Part shown: one piece after another, positions 22,295 to 32,838 of the stretch
Numbering within the stretch: the first letter of the stretch is position 1
How the letters are laid out: every line of letters begins with the position of its first letter
NCBI GenBank assembly: GCA_965237955.1
Contig: OZ250169.1
Location: 3,616,001-3,680,000, forward strand
Length of the DNA: 64,000 nucleotides
Direction of reading: 5' to 3'
Source: Candidatus Marinacidobacterales bacterium
GTDB lineage: Bacteria > Acidobacteriota > Vicinamibacteria > Marinacidobacterales > SMYC01
Position numbers and translations under genes: made by a program
Notes under the pieces: generated by a model
Database searches by the model: none
Told to the model about the DNA's origin: nothing
Seen by the model: the letters and a program-made list of their open reading frames with translations, nothing else

Positions 22295-24732
22295 ATGGCA
22301 GCTAAGAGGTTATCGATGAGAAAAATACGAGAGGTTCTAAGGTTAAAGTACGAGCTGGGTTTTACTCACCGCATGATCGCAAAGGCACTTCGCGTGGCGG
22401 TTGGAACGGTGAGTGAGTACCTGGCCAAGGCGAAGAAGGGTGGTCTGAGCTGGCCGCTCCCGGAGGAGCTGAGCGAAGGGGAGCTGGAGGCAGGGCTGTT
22501 TCCGCCGCCGGGCTCGTCTGGCGCACGGCCGGGTCTGGACTATGCCCACATCCACGAGGAGCTGAGGCGTCACCGAGAGCTGACGTTGCTGCAGCTGTGG
22601 GTGGAGTACGCGGAGAATAAGCCGGGAGCGTACGGCTACAGCCGTTATTGCGAGCTGTACGGTCAGTGGAAGAAGAAGCTGAACCCGACGATGCGTCAAC
22701 GGCATCGAGCAGGCGAGAAGACATTCGTCTATTTTTCGGGGAAGAAGCCTCACATCGTCGATCCGAAAACGGGAGAGCTCGTCGAAATGGAGCTGTTCGT
22801 CGGGACGTTGGGCGCGAGCAGTTACACCTACGTCGAAGCGACACTGAACCAGTCGCTGGAATCGTGGGCGAAGGCCCATAAGGGGATGTCGGATTACTTC
22901 GGTGGCAGTACGGAGATCTGGGTTCCGGACAACTTGAAGAGCGGCGTGGATTTGGTGGACCGTTACGAGCCAGGGATCAACCGGACGTACGAAGAGCTGG
23001 CGACGCATTACGGTGCGGTTGTGGTCCCGGCTCGGGTGTTCAAGCCGAAAGACAAAGCGAAGGTGGAGTCGGCAGTGCAGGTGGCGCAGCGCTGGATCCT
23101 GGCGGTGCTTCGTCATCGCACGTTCTTCAGCCTGGCGGAACTGAACGAAGCCATCTGGGAGAAGTTAGAGGTCCTGAATGCGCGTCCGATGCAGAAGCTC
23201 GGTGTGAGTCGGCGGGAGTTGTACGAAAGGCTAGACCGGCCCGTACTGAAACCGCTACCGCAGGAGAGCTACGAGTTATCGACGTGGAAGCGGTGCAGAG
23301 TGAACATCGACTACCACGTGGAGGTGGAGAACAACTTGTACAGCGTTCCCTATCAGCTCATTCACGAGAAAGTCGAGGCACGGGTGACGGCCTCGGTGGT
23401 GGAGGTCCTGTTCAAGGGAAAGCGCGTCGCGTCGCATCCCCGCAAGAAAGGAAAGGGGCACTACTCCACGAACCCGGAGCATATGCCACGTTCGCATCGG
23501 GAGCACCTGGAGTGGACGCCGTCGCGGCTGCTCCACTGGGCGGAGCAGTCAGGTCGCGCCACGGGAAGGCTGGTTGCGGGGATTCTAGAGAGTCGGCCTC
23601 ACCCGGAGCAGGGATTTCGCTCTTGCCTGGGAGTCATGCGACTAGGCAGCCGCTGGGGCAGTGAGCGTCTCGAGGCCGCTTGCGCACGAGCGGAAGCTTT
23701 GAGCTCTTACAGCTATTTCGCGGTAGGGACCGCCCTTACGGGCGGCCCCCCGCACAGATCCCAGCGAGCGCTGCTAACGCACTGGGCTCCTACCTCAGGT
23801 CATGACGCGCAGTCGCTGTTCGGGATACGGGTGCAGTGTTCGATGCTCGACGACTTTCATCAGCCATCCGTGGTCGATGGCATCGAAGAATCCACGGATG
23901 TCCGCGTCGAGTATCCAGTTCACTTTCTTGTGAACCGTGCTCCCTTATCCCGGCAGGCTACCTGCCGTATCCGCTCCAGCGCATTTCGCAGATCAGGGGA
24001 CCGAACGTAGGCGCACTCCCTTGGCTGTTTCCGCGCTTTCCCGCTTCGTGCCCGTTTAGGGTTGTCCATATTCACTCCCTGCCCGGCGCTGAGTCCGGGA
24101 CCTGATTTGCCGCAGCGGATTTCCCTTGGTCAGCCCCCTTCGCTCCACCTCCTCCGCGGAGTGAGGTACTCCCCAGTCTTTGTTCGAAGGCTTCTCGGCT
24201 ACTATGGGCCTGTCAGACTTCCCGCACCCGTTCGTCGCTGTCGTGCTCCTTGCGGATTCACAGCGCGGACCCCGACGCCACTCAGGGCCAAATGCGGGAC
24301 CTCCCGGCTCCCGTGTATGTCTCTTCCGTGCGTGCGCGGGGTCTCAGACCACGCAGGGGCGGAACAACTCTTGCGATGACGACTTGTTCCGTGTTGCCTT
24401 CCGTGCCATACGACGCCGTCGGCCCCCCAAACTCAATTTTCCTTTCGCGGCTCAATACCCAGCCCACACGTTGCCCTGTCAACGCTTCGCCCCTGCCCTC
24501 GCGGACAGCAACGCATGACTCGGGGCCAACTTGGTTCGCTACTCCTTGGTTAGGCGGGACTTGCACCCGCGAGACTTACCGGTTTGTGCCGGCGCACCGC
24601 ACGGTGAAAAACATTCTCTCGGCTGGTCTGGATCGTGTGGTGCTCGAATCGGACGCCGAAGCGAAACCGCGAGAGGAGCACGAGAACATCCGAGGCGCGG
24701 ATCACTACGAAGGAGGAGAGTCCCGATGCTGA
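22295..24732 (+). pseudogene. istA: IS21 transposase IstA split by a group II intron (exons 22295-23716 and 24598-24732)
   Basis: LSMRKIREVLRL, VPDNLK, KPKDKAKVE. Joining the exons gives in-frame SYSY|RTVKNIL...HENIRGADHY. Confidence 0.92.
23717..24597 (-). mobile_element. Group II intron, 881 nt, with an internally deleted RT/maturase
   Basis: 5' GTGCGCCGGC; domain V GAGCCCAGTGCGTTAGCAGCGCTCGCTGGGATCTGTGCGGGGGG; domain VI ...CCCTACCGCGAA; RT remnants in DIV. Confidence 0.9.
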
Positions 24733-24928
24733 CACCCGAAACGATAGAAAAGATGAACGCCATGAAGTTGTTCGGCTTGGTGTCCGCGTTCGAAACCCAG
24801 TTGAGCTCGAGCGAATACAAGGAGCTGAGCTTCGAGGAACGTGTGGGACTCCTGGTCGATGCCGAGTGGACCGCCCGCGAACAGCGTAAGCTTTCTCGAC
24901 GACTGCGAGCGGCAAAGCTCCGCTATCC
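24726..24928 (+). pseudogene. istB: IstB 5' fragment truncated by an rve-type IS
   Basis: MLTPETIEKMNAMKL...LSFEERVGLLVDAE...RAAKLRYP, then an abrupt junction. Confidence 0.88.
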
Positions 24929-26277
24929 TGTCCTTCATCATTATTGATCCAGCGGGAATGGTACCGCTGGTGGCCCTACGACGAACGAAGAAACCCAGGG
25001 TCGGCGCGCGCGGGCACTTGCCGAGATCACGCGATCAATGGGCCGCGCGGAGCTGGACAACGCAATCGCGAGGGACCCCAGCAATCGACGCGCAGCGACT
25101 AAACTGGCTCAGGCGGCGTCGCGCCATTCGTAGCGGTGGTGGAGCCCACCCACTCGCGGCAACGCGACGACTTTTGCGGTCGGTGATGGTCGGGGCGTGA
25201 CGGGTCTTGAGTTCGGGGTGTCTTTGTCGAGACCCAAGTGGCAACGGTCCTCGTGGTAGTAGCTGATGTACAAGCGCATGAGCCGGACGAGATGCCGCTC
25301 ACTGAGGACAACTACATGCTCTAACATCTCGCGGCGGCAGTTTCCGATCCAGCGTTCGGCGGTACCGTTTTGCCAAGGGCTGCGATAAGAAATGCGAACA
25401 GGCTTTGTGCCCATGGCCCTGATGAACTCCACTACTGCAGGGCTGAAAATCGCGTCGCGGTCAAAGACCAAGTATCGTGGCGCCGTGTCGTATGGGAACG
25501 CCTCGCGCAGTTGTTGAATCACCCACGCTGACGTGGGGTTGTACGTCGCGTTGAAGTGCAAGATATGGCGACGGCCGTGCTCGATGACGAAGAAGCCGTA
25601 CAGCAGCCGTAGCGACGCCGTCGGTACGGCGAACAGATCCATCGCGGCGATGTCGTCCTTGTGGTTCCGCAAGAACGTAATCCATCGCTTCACTTCTTCG
25701 GGTTCGGCTCGGCGGCGCGGCATGTATCGCGACACCGTCATCTCGCTGACAACGAATCCGAGCTTCGTCAGCTCAGCGTGGATACGAGGTGCACCCCAGC
25801 CGTCTTGGGCCATCGTGCGGACGAGACGACGAATCTCGGCATCAATCCGAGGTCGACCTGGATAGCGCGGACGGGAGATCCGAGCCCAGTATCGGCGGAA
25901 CCGATCTCGATTCCACCGGGCGACCGTGTCGGCGTTCACGATAACGAGCCGGCTCGCCCACGCTGGCCACGAGCTTCGGAGCGCAACCCAGAATGCTCGG
26001 TCCGTGTCCTCGAGCGGTGGCCGGGGGCGCTCCTTCTTCAACGCCGTAACTTGCTGCCGCAGGGCCAGGTTTTCAATCACGAGGTCGGCTCGGCACCGAC
26101 ACATCGCCCGGATCGCACGGGCGCCGAGTGAGACGAGGAAGATGAGGACACGGAGCATGGCGGCAGAGTTTGCCGTCTCAAGACCGGGATCTCAAGCGGG
26201 AGATGCGCTCGTTGGCCGAGGCGTGAACGGTGCGTAAGTCCTTGATTTCAGGAGCGGACGGATATTGATGATGCACA
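24929..26277 (-). mobile_element. Single-ORF rve/DDE insertion sequence, copy 1; transposase 25109-26158 (349 aa)
   Basis: ENLALRQQ, WGAPRIHAEL, AMDLF, FDRD, SPWQNGTAER, RVGGLHHRYE. Imperfect TIRs TGTGCATCATCAATAT/TGTCCTTCATCATTAT. Near-identical copy at 54838-56183. Confidence 0.92.
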
Positions 26278-27092
26278 GGTCCAGCTTTTGGCGGAAATCC
26301 TCAAAGAGAAAAATAAGTGGAGATTTAGGAGGTTTCGAGTTTCGCGCATTTCTTGACTTTCTTGACGCGTACACAGGTTTTGCGAGAAGGCTGTTTTACG
26401 CCCTCTCGGGTTTCAACCATGCTGCCCATTTCGTTCCATCCTCTTCCCCTACAGTGATTTAACGGCCTCCGTCACGTGCTGGTCCCTGCACGCATCATCG
26501 ACGGGTGGTCGTTCGAGCCGGAATTTTAATTGGCTTTAATCATCTTTTCTATACGGCAATTTCAACTTCCTGGACGCCTGAAAGAAGGTCGTGTCGTGAA
26601 CCCTCCGGAGGCGGCTCCGACCGTTACTCATTGTCGCAAAAAGCTTTACGTCTCATCAGCGAATGTTCGTCGACGGGAACATCTTTCCGGCTATCGCAGT
26701 CGGGAGGCTCGAGTGGAGCTTCCGATTCTTGGCTGGAAACGATCAGAAAGAGCGCAAAACAGGCCATTAACGTGCAGTTTGGGGCGATTTTTGGGCTTAT
26801 CGGGCCGTTTTTCCACTTAATCGCGCAGACAATGAGAAGACGCTCAACGCCTAGATCGCGCCTGAGGAGAAGGCGAATAGCGGAATTCGAATTGGCCAAA
26901 CCTCGAATTCATCCAGCGGAGTTTTACGGAGGAAACGAAGATGACTCCGCAGACGGTCCAGTACAAGGAGCTATCCGAGTCTGGAAACCATGACAGGGAA
27001 TTTGGGCCAGTTTAAGTCTGATTGGTGGAGGCCAGTGTCGGAGAGCAGCTTGCTGCTAACCGAGCCCATTCACGAAGTGGGCGCTGGCAGGC

Positions 27093-29012
27093 TCACAGCG
27101 TTTTGACGAGCACTCGCTGTTTCTCCCAATCGTCGGGAAGCGGATGATGCAAGAGGTAGCTCGAGGTCAGCCCAACGGGCTGGCGGCCTTCGACAATGGC
27201 GCGGACGATGTCGGGAGCCAGGAAGGCATAACGGATTGCCTTGCGCACGCGGTCCGTTGGGATGGCGTTTTCGGTGGCAATCTGCTCATAGGTTTTGCCT
27301 GCTTTGATTCGGTCGAGCCAGGAGAGGGCGTTTCTGATATTGCGCAGGAGTGTGCGGTCGACGGATTTCGTGGGGTTGCCCAGAACGAGCTTGGTCTCGA
27401 CGCCGCGTCGACGCAAGCGGAACGGTGCGAGGATGCGGAGTGCATCCTCGCGAATGCGCTCGGGTCCCATAGACAGGCAATCAGCGAACGCATTGCGGTC
27501 GATCAGGATGGACACAGAGCCGGGGCTGATATCGACCTGCCGGATAAGACGGAGCAGGGGGGCTGCCGAGGCACTATCATCATTACTACCGGAACACAGC
27601 CCGTCTAAAAAGCGACCCACCGAGGCGAGCTCTTGCATCGTCGGAGTGTGGACCAACGAGGCCGAGAAGGTCGTGACATCCACATGCTGTCGGATGAGAT
27701 GCACGACGGTCTGTTCCAGCATCGGGGCGGGCAGTCGCCAGCCGGAGAGGTCCTTTTGGCCACTGTGCTGGATGAGGCGCCGGGAGACGTAGTAGCGGAG
27801 CCGTTGCCCGTTTTTCTTTTTGGTGTGGCTCGGCGTCAGCCGGTCCCCGGTCTCGTCGAAGAGCTTGCCGGCCAGTGGGGAAGGGGCTGCACGGCCCTTC
27901 GTCGTGCGTCTCCTTGGTTTGGCAGCCCCTGCCTGCAGCTGCGTTTGGACCGCGTCCCAGAGCTCCGGAGCAATGATCGATGGATGCTGGCCCTCGTAGA
28001 CACACCTCTGGTGCCGGATGCGGCCGGCGTAGAGAGGATTGGTCAGCAGGCAGTGGAGGTGTCCGCGACGGAACGGCAGCCCGCCCGTTCGGGTTCCATC
28101 CGCGGTGAAGCGTTGCTTGGTACGCAGTCTCAGACGGTCCGCCTCGGCCTTCACCTGCCGGAGCGTTTCGTGCTTTCGGTACAGCGCATAGAGCGTCCGG
28201 ACCGTTTCGGCCTCAGCCTCGTTGATGCGCAGCGTGCGCCCGTCCTTCTCATAGCCTAGTCCCCTGTATCAGAACAAACTAGATAAAGCAGAGCTTGCCG
28301 AAACCCTTCTAAGTGCATGAATCTTATGAATCTTATGGGCTGGCGAAAAGCCTAACTTTGTATAGTAATCAAAGATCCAGGGGACTAGTCCCCTGTATCA
28401 GAACAAACTAGATAAAGCAGAGCTTGCCGAAACCATTCTAAGTGCATGAATCTTATGAATCTTATGGGCTGGCGAAAAGCCTAACTTTGTATAGTAATCA
28501 AAGATCCAGGGGACTAGCGGTACGCGGCCGCCCATCCATAGTCCCTTGCGCTTGGAGGCAGCGACCTTATCGCGGATCCGCTCGGCCGTGACCTCGCGTT
28601 CGAATTGTGCGAAGGACAGCAGCATATGCAGCGTCAGTCGTCCCATGCTGGTCGCGGTGTTGAAGGACTGAGTCACCGAGACGAAAACCGCGCCGGCCGC
28701 CTCGAGCCGCTCGACGAGCTTCGCAAAGTCGGAGAGGGAACGGGTCAGCCGGTCGACCTTGTAGACCACAATCTGGTCGACGAGACCTGCGTCGATGTCG
28801 GCGAGCAAGCGCTGCAGGCCCGGGCGCTCCAGGGTTCCTCCCGAGAGCCCCGCGTCCTCGTAGACAGTTGGCAGCAGCACCCAGCCCTCCGCTTTCTGGC
28901 TCGCGACATACGCGGCGCAGGCTTCTCGCTGCGCATCGAGGGAGTTGAACTCCTGTTCGAGACCCTCTTCCGCACTCTTTCGCGTATAGATGGCACAGCG
29001 GATCTTCTTCAT
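27093..29012 (-). pseudogene. Large serine recombinase interrupted by a tandem MITE
   Basis: RCAIYTRKS, FNSLDAQREAC, VYKVDRLTRS, FAQFEREVTAERIRDK. Removing the 258-bp insert restores GGRVPLG|YEKDGR in frame. Confidence 0.9.
28256..28517. mobile_element. Head-to-tail pair of 125-bp AT-rich MITEs separated and flanked by CTAG
   Basis: CTAG at 28256, 28385 and 28514 (129-bp period); TIRs TCCCCTG(T/G)ATC. Confidence 0.92.
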
Positions 29013-29013
29013 G

Positions 29014-29445
29014 TTAGGCCTTGCGCTTGGGCGTGAGACCGAAAAAGCGTGGTCCTGACCAGTGGGTGCCGGTGATTCGCTTTGCGATGGTAGTGAGGGA
29101 CGGATAGGTTTTGCCATCGAACCGATAGCCGTTGTCGATTACCTCGACCTGGTAGGTCCGGCCATTCCACTCGCGGACGAGATGGGTGCCGGCAGAAACG
29201 GACCCTGCGGGAGCGCCGGAGCTTGGTGTCTCGTTCGCCATGGCGGCCAGAGCGCGCCGGGTTGCGGCCGAAAGCCCGCCATGGGTCCGGCACTGGCGTT
29301 CGTGCAAGAGAACGCGGCGCAGGAAAACACGCGAGAGCGAGCTTGGAGGAGCAGCCCCAAAGGTCTGCTCCCAGACCCGCCGTAAGCTGGCGAAGTCCAA
29401 ACCGTCCAAAACGACGTTCCGGCCAACCCCTGTATCCTGCGGCAT
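29014..29445 (-). CDS. DUF2924-family protein upstream of the serine recombinase
   Basis: GTHLVREWNGRTYQVEV...YRFDGKTYPSLTTIAKRITGTHWSGPRFFGL. Start uncertain. Confidence 0.85.
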   Translation of the reverse strand: MPQDTGVGRNVVLDGLDFASLRRVWEQTFGAAPPSSLSRVFLRRVLLHERQCRTHGGLSAATRRALAAMANETPSSGAPAGSVSAGTHLVREWNGRTYQVEVIDNGYRFDGKTYPSLTTIAKRITGTHWSGPRFFGLTPKRKA

Positions 29446-29493
29446 CACCGAACATTCGCTCTTGTGCTCGATAAAGTCCAGTCTAATGAGGGA

Positions 29494-30606
29494 CTTCCGG
29501 GTGCGAAGTTCACTGCCCGTAGCTCGCCCGGCAGCCGATTTGAGCCAGCCGTGCGCACCCCCGGTGGGCCTGTCGCTCGCCACCCGCAGCCCAGGGGTCG
29601 GAAGCCAGCCCTGCGGCGCGAAATACCCTCGATTCTGCGCAGATTCCAAGGGCGTCTAAGCTGCTGATTTGTGGTCTATTGCAAAAGGGCCGAGTTTTAG
29701 CACAGGACGGGAACGCGGCTCGGCTGGCTCCCGCTCCGAGCAGTACGACGTACGGGCCGTCTCGGACGGTCTTGAGCGAATCTCGTACCTGCTATTATCC
29801 AGCGAAGCCCGGCCGCATCGTACGCGGACGGGGATGGGGCAGGGCTACGTTTTAGTGTCTCACTCGGGGACTCATCTGTTTCATCGGATAGAGGCGACAC
29901 AGTCGAGAGCACGGAGGCAAATCGTGAGCAACATGACACCGGAAGAAATGAAGAAAGAACTAGAGCGCTTGCAAGCTGAGAATGAAACGCTCAAGAAGCG
30001 CAGTGAAAAAGAGCTCTTCCTCAAAGTCAGCCAGAAGGGCGGCGTCTCCGTTTACGGACTGGGCCGTTTCCCGGTGACCTTATACAAGGAGCAGTGGGAG
30101 AAACTGCTTGAGATGACAGATGACATCCGCGCCTTCATTCAAGAAAACAAAGCCCAGCTCAAGACCAAGGATTCGTAACTCGTTTTCTCAAGACCGTAGG
30201 CGGGCACCCAGGGTCGCCCCGGACCCGTTGCAGGAGATCCTGGACGGGGCTACGTCGACCCCGTCCTGTGCCAAAACTCGGACAGCCACGACATCCCGTC
30301 TGGTCAAAATACTCGAACGCCCAGCGGGTCAGCAGTTTGCACCTTTCCAAGGGCTGCTTGAATCCGGCATCGCGGTCGGATACGTATTCCTTCCGGGTGC
30401 GTAGTTCGTTGCCTGCAAGCTCGCCCCGCAGCCGATTTGAGCCGGCCGTGCGCACCCCCGGTGGGCCTGTCGCCCGCCACCCGCAGCCCAGGGGTCGGAA
30501 GCCAGCCCTGCGGCGCGAAATACCCTGGATTCTGCGCGGATTCCAAGGGCCTCTAAGCTGTTGATTTGCGGTCTATTTCAAAAGGGCCGAGTTTTGGCAC
30601 AGGACG
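29494..30606 (+). repeat. Direct repeats of about 215 bp (29494-29709 and 30391-30606); the second is part of a complete MITE at 30262-30606
   Basis: CTTCCGGGTGCG...GGGTCGGAAGCCAGCCC...GAGTTTT(A/G)GCACAGGACG occurs twice. Confidence 0.85.
29933..30178 (+). CDS. Small conserved-looking hypothetical protein (81 aa)
   Basis: GGAGG RBS; coiled-coil N-terminus, then LKVSQKGGVSVYGLGRFPVTLYKEQW. Confidence 0.75.
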   Translation: MTPEEMKKELERLQAENETLKKRSEKELFLKVSQKGGVSVYGLGRFPVTLYKEQWEKLLEMTDDIRAFIQENKAQLKTKDS

Positions 30607-30619
30607 GGGAGCTTAAAAG

Positions 30620-31609
30620 ATGTTCGGACCCTATGTCCATAATGTCGATCCGATCATTGCCGAAGTGGGCGGCGTCTATCTCTGGTGGTATGGGCTTAGC
30701 TATTCGCTGGGATTCCTGCATTTGCATCTGTTTCTGCGCCGCCACAGGCTTCGGCTCGGACTCACTTCCAGAGACGTATACACCCTCACCCTTTTCATCG
30801 TGGTGGGCGTTTTGGTCGGGGCGCGTCTCATCGAAGTCGCATTCGACGAGTGGCCCTTCTACAGCGCGCACCCTACCCTCATTCCGGCATACTGGCTTGG
30901 GGGCCTGGCGTCTCACGGGGTCCTTCTCGGAGCGACTGTAGCTGTCACCTCCTTCGCCTTGCTCTATCGAAAGGACCTGCTCGCGCTGTTCGATGCAGTC
31001 GTGATCCCCGGTTCGTTTCTGATGGGAATGGGAAGGATCGGGAACTTCATCGACGGCCAGATCGTGGGTGCTCTCACCGATGTGCCGTGGGGCGTGCGGT
31101 TTCCCGACGCAGTTGGAATCCGGCATCCGGTGGTTCTCTATGACGGCATCAAGAATCTTCTGCTGGTGCCTTTCCTCCTCCGTGTTCGAAAGATGAACCC
31201 AACGCCGGGGGCAACCGCAGCTCGTTTCGTCTTCTGGTATGCGTTCTTGCGTGTATTCATTGATCTGTTTCGCGACTATCCGACTCACCGTCTGGCTCTC
31301 GGGACCGGGCAGACCCTGAACCTCATCATGGTGTCGATCGGTGTCGTTTTTTTGATCCGATCGCGCATTCGGCGTCTGGGTCGGCTGCGAAGTGGTGCCA
31401 GAGAGGCACTGGAGGTGGAAGCCCCGCCTGAAAAAGCGCCATTCGTGTTACAGAGAATCGTACTCGTTGTTTTACTGGTGTGCTGTCTGACGTTGCCCAG
31501 CAACTGGACACAGAACATACCGGAACGATACGGGAAGCGACACGCCGGACTCGAACACTCGTGGCTCTACCCAGACATCAACACGTCGGCGCCGACCGAT
31601 GAACCCTAG
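30620..31609 (+). CDS. lgt: Prolipoprotein diacylglyceryl transferase-family protein
   Basis: WYGLSY, GARL, GGLASHG, GRIGNFIDG, PWGVRFP, RHPVVLYDG, LRVFIDLFR. Confidence 0.85.
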   Translation: MFGPYVHNVDPIIAEVGGVYLWWYGLSYSLGFLHLHLFLRRHRLRLGLTSRDVYTLTLFIVVGVLVGARLIEVAFDEWPFYSAHPTLIPAYWLGGLASHGVLLGATVAVTSFALLYRKDLLALFDAVVIPGSFLMGMGRIGNFIDGQIVGALTDVPWGVRFPDAVGIRHPVVLYDGIKNLLLVPFLLRVRKMNPTPGATAARFVFWYAFLRVFIDLFRDYPTHRLALGTGQTLNLIMVSIGVVFLIRSRIRRLGRLRSGAREALEVEAPPEKAPFVLQRIVLVVLLVCCLTLPSNWTQNIPERYGKRHAGLEHSWLYPDINTSAPTDEP

Positions 31610-31686
31610 AGGGGAGTCGCCGACAACGACGACTGGTGGTTTTGAGCGAGGTGTGACAGGTTGACTAAGCCTCGGAGGAAAAGACC

Positions 31687-32277
31687 ATGAGCAATCGAAC
31701 CGTGACGCAGCTGGGCGCCATCGTGCTGATGGCGTCGTCGATAGTGCCCCTATCGGCGAAAACCCAGACGGTAAAGGGAAACACATACGCGGACACGGCA
31801 GAGGTAGGTGTCCGGACTCTCATGTTGATCGGTGCCGGACTTCGTGAGCGGTGGTGGCTTGACGTCTACACGATGGGCGCGTATGCCGAGAACCACACCT
31901 GCGATCCGCAGATGCTGATCTCGATGGATGGGGCAAAATCTCTCCGTATCGATCTGCTCCGCGACGTCGACGCGAAGAATATGGCCGACGCGCTCGAAGA
32001 TGCTCTCGATAAGAACTTGCCGCCCGGCGGCTCCCCCGGTATCCGATCTCAGATCGATACCTTCCTAGGCTACTTTGAAAAGGACCTGGAGAAGGGGGAC
32101 AGCATGGAGTTGACCTACGTTCCCGGCGTGGGTACGGCGCTAATGCAGAACCGGGAGCAGCAGGGAGCCACGATGCCGGGCAAGGGGTTTGCCGACATCC
32201 TGTGGGCTTCCTATTTCAGTTCCGAAACTTGCTGTTCGGGGCTCAAGAAGCAGATTCTCGACCATTGTTCCCAGTGA
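31687..32277 (+). CDS. Secreted chalcone-isomerase-like protein
   Basis: Signal peptide; LIGAGLRERWWLDVYTMGAY; LLRDVD; KGD...YVPGVGT; GKGFADILW. Confidence 0.7.
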   Translation: MSNRTVTQLGAIVLMASSIVPLSAKTQTVKGNTYADTAEVGVRTLMLIGAGLRERWWLDVYTMGAYAENHTCDPQMLISMDGAKSLRIDLLRDVDAKNMADALEDALDKNLPPGGSPGIRSQIDTFLGYFEKDLEKGDSMELTYVPGVGTALMQNREQQGATMPGKGFADILWASYFSSETCCSGLKKQILDHCSQ

Positions 32278-32838
32278 GAGGTTCGCAGGAGGATGGATGT
32301 CTTCACGACCAGGCAAGTCGAGGAGCTTCGCAATGAGCTGTTAGTGGCGGACGAAAATTGCACACCCGGCACCCCGTTGTGCTCCGCAAAAAGTCGATCC
32401 AGCGTTGATTTCGCCTGGGCGTTGCGGCCGGCGATTCGGGGTCCCGTGGAAACAGCTTCAGGAACACGCTTCGATATTCGCTCTCGACTAGGTGGTCATC
32501 TGCATGGTGGCGACCCGCCCGCCCAAGACGATTGTAAAGCCCACGGCCCTTGGCCCGGTCGCAAACACAGACACTAAGTTGCTGATTTATGGCCTATTTC
32601 AAAAGGGCCGAGTTTTGGCACAGGACGGCGGGCACTGATGACTGATGACTGATGACCGGCGACGCGTGCTGTCCTCACCCAAGGGCAATGATCGAGAACT
32701 GTAGACGTCGCCTACTTGAGTTGGCCGTGTCCAGGCGAGCGACTACCCTGACACAGGGGGTGGACGACTCGAGACAGCAGATTGACTCTGAGTGAGTGTT
32801 TTCCGAGTCCGAGGGAAGGCCATTATTTTCGAAGAAAC

